Origin: Schizochytrium sp. TIO01
Lineage: Eukaryota; Protista; Bigyra: Labyrinthulomycetes
Length of the DNA: 64,000 nt
NCBI GenBank assembly: GCA_004764695.1
Contig: SMSO01000033.1
Span: 868,001 to 932,000 of the forward strand
Direction: 5' to 3'
The first letter of the stretch is position 1; every line of letters starts with the position of its first letter. Positions 64,000-64,000 of this stretch are shown piece by piece. Position numbers and translations under genes: made by a program. The notes below the pieces were generated by a model that saw only the letters and a program-made list of their open reading frames with translations, was not told the DNA's origin and searched no databases.

Positions 64000-64000
64000 G

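Larger units (their letters stand above)
52040..62100 (-). other. Block of ~9 filamin/ABP280-type Ig repeats
   Basis: Motifs such as TVATGNGLSNAVAGRVASFTIQAKDTYGN...DNGDGSYAGTYTLREAGSYTVS and HIVGSPFAVSV. Approximate starts: 62100, 59630, 59283, 58944, 58254, 56553, 55680, 54780, 53700. Confidence 0.85.

Noticed and set aside
63883-63885. TTG start assigned to the giant ORF by the ORF track
   Set aside because: The frame stays open and module-like to the window edge, so the real start lies further upstream.
19635-63998. Numerous 60-190-aa ORFs overlapping the giant CDS on both strands
   Set aside because: Shadow ORFs produced by the codon structure of the real gene. None has recognisable motifs.
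19618-63999. Calling the giant protein titin (TTN)
   Set aside because: No I-set Ig, PEVK or kinase region is visible in the window. The similarity is limited to generic Fn3 repeats.

Overview
Eukaryotic nuclear DNA, intron-poor, with microsatellite-rich intergenic sequence. A stramenopile such as a labyrinthulomycete/thraustochytrid is plausible, but that is inference only. Four credible genes: (1) the 3' end of an acidic, mostly disordered hypothetical protein (<2-952, +); (2) an AMT1-type ammonium transporter (1665-3149, -); (3) a 100-aa stand-alone RRM resembling that of cyclophilin E/Cyp33 but with degenerate RNP motifs (18593-18895, +); (4) an uninterrupted ORF of at least 14,793 aa that runs off the window edge (19618->63999, -). 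About 15 kb between genes 2 and 3 has no recognisable gene. By manual count the giant protein has ~34 fibronectin-III domains, ~9 filamin-type repeats, 3 PA14 domains, ~70 copies of a ~100-aa 'EVQ...GTFTL' module and ~12 copies of a ~70-aa beta-rich module. The main discovery is that these domains are inserted inside one another instead of lying end to end. One Fn3 domain is split by ~2,350 aa in which 13 tandem N-terminal 'EVQ' strands are followed by exactly 13 headless module bodies, with subtypes matching in reverse order. This points to a 13-deep, last-in-first-out 'Russian doll' arm.
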